A stretch of 64,000 nt of DNA from the human T2T-CHM13v2.0 reference genome, Homo sapiens. The notes under the pieces were generated by a model. The model was given only the letters and a program-made list of their open reading frames with translations. It was not told the origin of the DNA and searched no databases. The stretch is from the NCBI RefSeq assembly GCF_009914755.1, contig NC_060939.1, one strand, 5' to 3'. Numbering within the stretch: position 1 is the stretch's first letter; the number at the start of each line of letters is the position of its first letter. Shown piece by piece: positions 59,610-64,000 of this stretch. Both the position numbers and the translations under genes were made by a program.

Positions 59610-61200
59610 TAAAGTTGTGCCCAAAATGGCCAAAATAATTTTGAGAAAGAATGAGGTGGAGAGGTGGAGGAACTTGCTTTACTGAATGCCAAAGACCCTT
59701 TTATTTTTTTAAATAAAGTAATTAAGACAGCATGTTTGTCACCCGGGGTAGACAAAAAGACCAGTGGAACAGGGCAGAGAGCCCAAGCCTTGACAGATGA
59801 CAGAAATGGCCTTGCGGGATTGGTGAGGAAGAGGTGGGCTAGTCAATAAATGGGTACTGGGACCGCTGGTTTTCCAAATGGAAGAAAATGGATCACTACC
59901 CCAAATCAAACACAAATATTAAGCTCAAGAAAGATTTGAAGGACTAAGTGTGAAATGCAAAACTTGGAGCTTTTAGATGAAAATACTGGAAAATATATAT
60001 ATATATATTTTTTGATGGAGTCTCACTCTGTCGCCCAGACTGGAGTGCAAGTGGGGTGATTTTGGCTCACTGCAACCTCCACCTCCTGGGTTCATGTGAT
60101 TTTCCTGCCTCAGCCTCCCGAGTAGCTGAGATTACAGGTGCCCGCCACCACACTCAGCTAATTTTTGCATTTTTAGTAGAGATGAGGTTTCACCATGTTG
60201 GCCAGGCTGGTCTCAAACTCCTGACTGCAGGTGATCCACCTGCCTTGGCCTCCCAAAGTGCGGGGATTATAGGAGTGAGCCACCATGCCTGACCGGAAAA
60301 TACGATCTTGAGGTAGGGAAGTATTTCTTAGACAAGATCTAGACAAAGCAAAAGTGAAAGACTGATAAAATGTAACTATGTGAAAACCTAAAATATTTGT
60401 GCACCAAAATTCACCATAAGCAAAGTAGAAAGACAAGCCACGCTGAGGAAAGATTCTTGCAGTGCACAGAAATGAGAAAGGTTTAACATTCAGAATACAT
60501 GAAGAATTCCTATAAGGTAATGAGAAATACCAAACCAAACCAAAACCTCTCAATAGAATAACACTCAAAAGATATAAACAGATTATTCAAAGAGTTGAAA
60601 TCTGATGAAATAAACATGCTTAATCTCATTAACAACCAGAAATACAAACTAAAACCTCAATGAGGTAGGTACCATTTCACCCACCAGACTGCAAAAACTA
60701 CCAAGTTTTGTTAAAGATACAAAGCAACAAGAATTCTTTTATATATTGATAGTGGGTATTCAAACTGGTATAGCCCCTTTGTAAAACAATTTAGCAATAT
60801 TTAGTAATGAATATGTAAACTGTGATATGTATATATTATATATGTATGTGATATATAAATGTTTGATATATGTATGTGTATATATAACCACATAGATGAA
60901 TCTCATGATTACAAAGTCAAGGGGAAAAAGAAAATGACAGATGAATGCATATAATATGTATTATAATTTAATATGAAGTTTTAAAACATGCAAAACAAAA
61001 CCATAGTAAAATAAGAAGAGCATGGGAATGATATCAAATTTAAAAAAGTAGTTATCTGGGGATGGGGTAGGTATAGAGGGGACTTCAACTGGATGGGTCA
61101 TGTTTTATTTCTTATACTGAATGGTGAGTTCAAAGGTCTTTGTTATGTTATCCATACTTTTCTGCATAACAAATGTTTCATAATATATTTTTTAAAAATC
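59610..61200 (+). mobile_element. Old L1 (L1ME-like) 3' region in a TTC23 intron, interrupted by an Alu
   Basis: aaagtaattaagacag, ccatttcacccaccaga, gatgaatctc...tagttatctgggg L1 3' motifs. Confidence 0.7.
60008..60294 (-). mobile_element. Alu (AluS-like)
   Basis: Reverse Alu; TSD ggaaaata. Confidence 0.9.
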
Positions 61201-63419
61201 GGATGAATTGTGCTACATAAATAGCTTGAGTAAAAAAAAGTGTGAGGGTTTGGGGACTTACTACTGAAGCCTGTTTATTCATTCTGATCTGCCAACCATT
61301 TTTAGGTCTTCAAGAAAATTAAAATGCAAGCAGCCAAATGCCTTTGTCTTTATAAGCTGTGGAAACTATAAAAACTGAATGTTTCAGTCTGAGGAATTGA
61401 GAATGTGGTTGTCCTTTGAAAAAAGTAACTATCAGATGAGAATATGACAGGATTTTTTAAATAACAGAAAATATTCACTATTTCTTAGTCATTTGACTAA
61501 GAAATATACAATATCAAGAAGTAGTAAACTCTTCTTGTTCTTTTATTTAATGCATAATTCAAATTCTACAAAGGCAAGGATCCCTGTCCCTCTGTCCAAC
61601 AAGCCCTTGACTTTCTAAATCTGCACGGGGACCTTGGCCTGGCCTAGGCAATGGGCTGAGCTGCTCATTCCATGGGGTTGAGCCAGCATTGCTTTAATGC
61701 TTTAGGCTGCTGTGACCCTAGAAATTTAGGAACTTTGACTAAGCTCCGTTGCTCTGAGGGGAGGGGATGCGGACATGTTTTTGACAGCCATGGTACCTGA
61801 TGAAAACCCTTCCAGCACCCTGCTTGGGTTACAGCTATTGGAAGCCTGGGCACACTGGGCCTGGCAGAGGAGGTGGTGCTCAGAAAGGGCCACAGAGCAA
61901 GAGAGGCAAGATGCTTCCCCCACTGCCACCCATCAGTGAGAGGCCCCTCTCTCCAGGGTTAACACTTCTTACCAGAATAGACTCTATTTTGCCCAGAAAT
62001 ACCTTCACTCAGTGTAAAAGATCAGGGCTAATTTTAAAGCCACCCAAACTTCCCTGTGTTTATATATTTATGAGTGCCTCTGATGCAGCTCATTTTGAGA
62101 GGTGATGTTGTCACTGCTTGTTGTTAATTCATTCACTGTGGCATTAGAGTTTTACTGACACTGTAACAGTTAGTTGAGACAGTCTGAGGTCTCAGTTCAC
62201 TCTGCCTTAACAGATTGCCTTCAAAATCTAATACTCAGAGGAATTTCCATCCTACCCCTTTGGTGACTGAAACTGCTGCTCCTTGGCCCCTCATTCTCTA
62301 GGGAAAGACATACAGCATTGGTGAATATGCACGAATCCCCGGGAAGAATGAGAAGGCAACTGACAGTGCTTATGCAAATTCTCAGTGTCTACTAACCATC
62401 CCCACCTGTTACAAACCCGTGTGCTCACCATTTTCCCTGGGAGCATTTTCACTACTGTGTTCGTAGAGAAGAGTGGAGTTAGGAGAGAAGATTCTGGTTG
62501 GGTCAAGAGATCCTTTTCAGTAATCAAGCCCTGAAGAGGGGCGCCCCATCCTTACCCTACCCCTAGACCTTTGTCAAAACTCAACTCTTCCTGGTATTAA
62601 TATATTTGTTTCCCCTAAGGTTACTTATCCTTACTAAGGAGATTTGTCCAAAATTCCAGCTGAAGTGAAAAGAGATGCAAAGGGGTGTCAGCTAGGAGAC
62701 AGAAACAAATCCTCAGCCCCTCACTAATCCCTTGTGTGATTACAGTGTAAGAGCAGGCACCAAGGCTGGAAAGAATGGTCATCCATTAAATGACTACTCT
62801 TCCAAAGATAGCTTTTTAAAACAGCAAAATAACCCATTATGGACTTCTACTAGAAAATGTTTTATATAGCTATATATTTATCTAAGAAACATAAATTGAA
62901 TTTTTCAGCATTCTGCTCTTCTTAGCTAAATTTACTTAAGCATTTTTGTGTGAAGTAGGTGTTTTGATTCTTTTGTTAAAAACACAGGCATTGACAGAGA
63001 GGAAGTCAATAAATGTTAATTGAACCTGCTGGAGCCAGGCATTGTAAACATGTCGCTGAGCTAAGTAAAGAACTCGCCAAACCTTGACAGTAGAACATTC
63101 TCCACCATAAATAAAGATATTCTGTGCTCCCCAGATTCTTCTGAGAGGCAGATATGCTGCTCCTTGTAATCAGCCACTAAGGGGTGTTTCTCACTTTTCT
63201 TTAAAATGAACAATAAACTGAACTCCGGAGTGTCCAGATGAATTTTAGGAGCCATTCATTACATTGCTCTTATTCTCTTTGATTTTATATGCAGGGTTGT
63301 GAGAAGTCACTTGTGTTTCTACTATTCCTTAAATACCAAACAGGGAGCTTTTCTTTCCCTTGCAGGAAGACAAAAGGGAATGTCTGCTTTTATACCAGCC
63401 TGCAGGCTGTCCCTAAATG

Positions 63420-63512
63420 GGGCCATGTTTGTCTTGCTCACCACTGTGTTCCAGGGCCTTGCACAACCCCTGGCACACAAGCCGATGCAGCAGTTGCTAA
63501 GTGAGTGATTAA
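63420..63512 (+). mobile_element. L2 3' end
   Basis: gtcttgctcaccactgtgttccagggcctt...cctggcacaca...gtgagtga. Confidence 0.6.
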
Positions 63513-64000
63513 ATAGGACAAACACGTAAGCTGGGGAGATTCTTACATGGAGCCTGTAGACTCCTTAAGACACAGTTGGACCCTAGGGCTCCAGTGGCTC
63601 ATCAGTTACTAAAACCTCTGCTAGGGAAGTTCCACTGGGTGTGTGGTGTGAAAAGCCCTCGAAATTCCAGTCCAGCCTTCAACAGGAGAAAGACTGCCGT
63701 TCACTATTTGCTGCTTACTCTTAGGACTCATTCGGAAAGCTGGGGTAGTTGAGAGACAATCTTAAGCATTTGATGCAAACTTTCAGAATTCTTTTTGACA
63801 TGACCTTGAGGTTTGAAAGCTAGGAGTCTAAGGAGCCCAGGAGCCAAGAAAGCTGGGATAGGTGCCGTCAGTTAGCCATCCTCCTAGCTGTGGTGGCTTT
63901 GCGCTAACACCCTTCCCAGTGTGGACAGAGGGGTGGCTCAGTGGCAGCTATGGGATCAGGGTTAGGTGACTCGGTATACTCTCATTTAAAAACCCACAGT

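Overview
Primate, almost certainly human, genomic DNA containing the complete SYNM (synemin, intermediate-filament) gene on the + strand. It has four coding exons (25649-26458, 34040-34164, 46339-46409, 48976-52667) totalling 4698 nt, or 1565 aa. A 936-nt in-frame internal intron in exon 4 (51423-52358) yields the 1253-aa beta/M isoform, and reusing that acceptor directly from exon 3 yields a 339-aa L isoform. The last two coding exons and 3' UTR of TTC23 lie convergently on the - strand, with poly(A) signals about 770 bp from SYNM's. The first ~25 kb is repeat-dense (Alu, L1, L2, MIR, MaLR LTR, DNA transposons) and contains a second CpG island at ~20.8-21.3 kb. Nearly all other ORFs in the track are Alu/L1 translations or antisense shadows. 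I see no confidently new gene system. The best leads are: a young 146-bp, 94%-identical inverted duplication in SYNM intron 1 that could form a long non-Alu dsRNA stem; a frame-compatible cryptic terminal exon in the TTC23 3' UTR encoding 192 aa; a bipartite 7-copy repeat in the synemin tail, mostly switched by the exitron; and a G4/pause element plus an LTR-donated poly(A) signal between the convergent genes. Repeat subfamily names and comparisons with reference alleles come from memory, not from searches.
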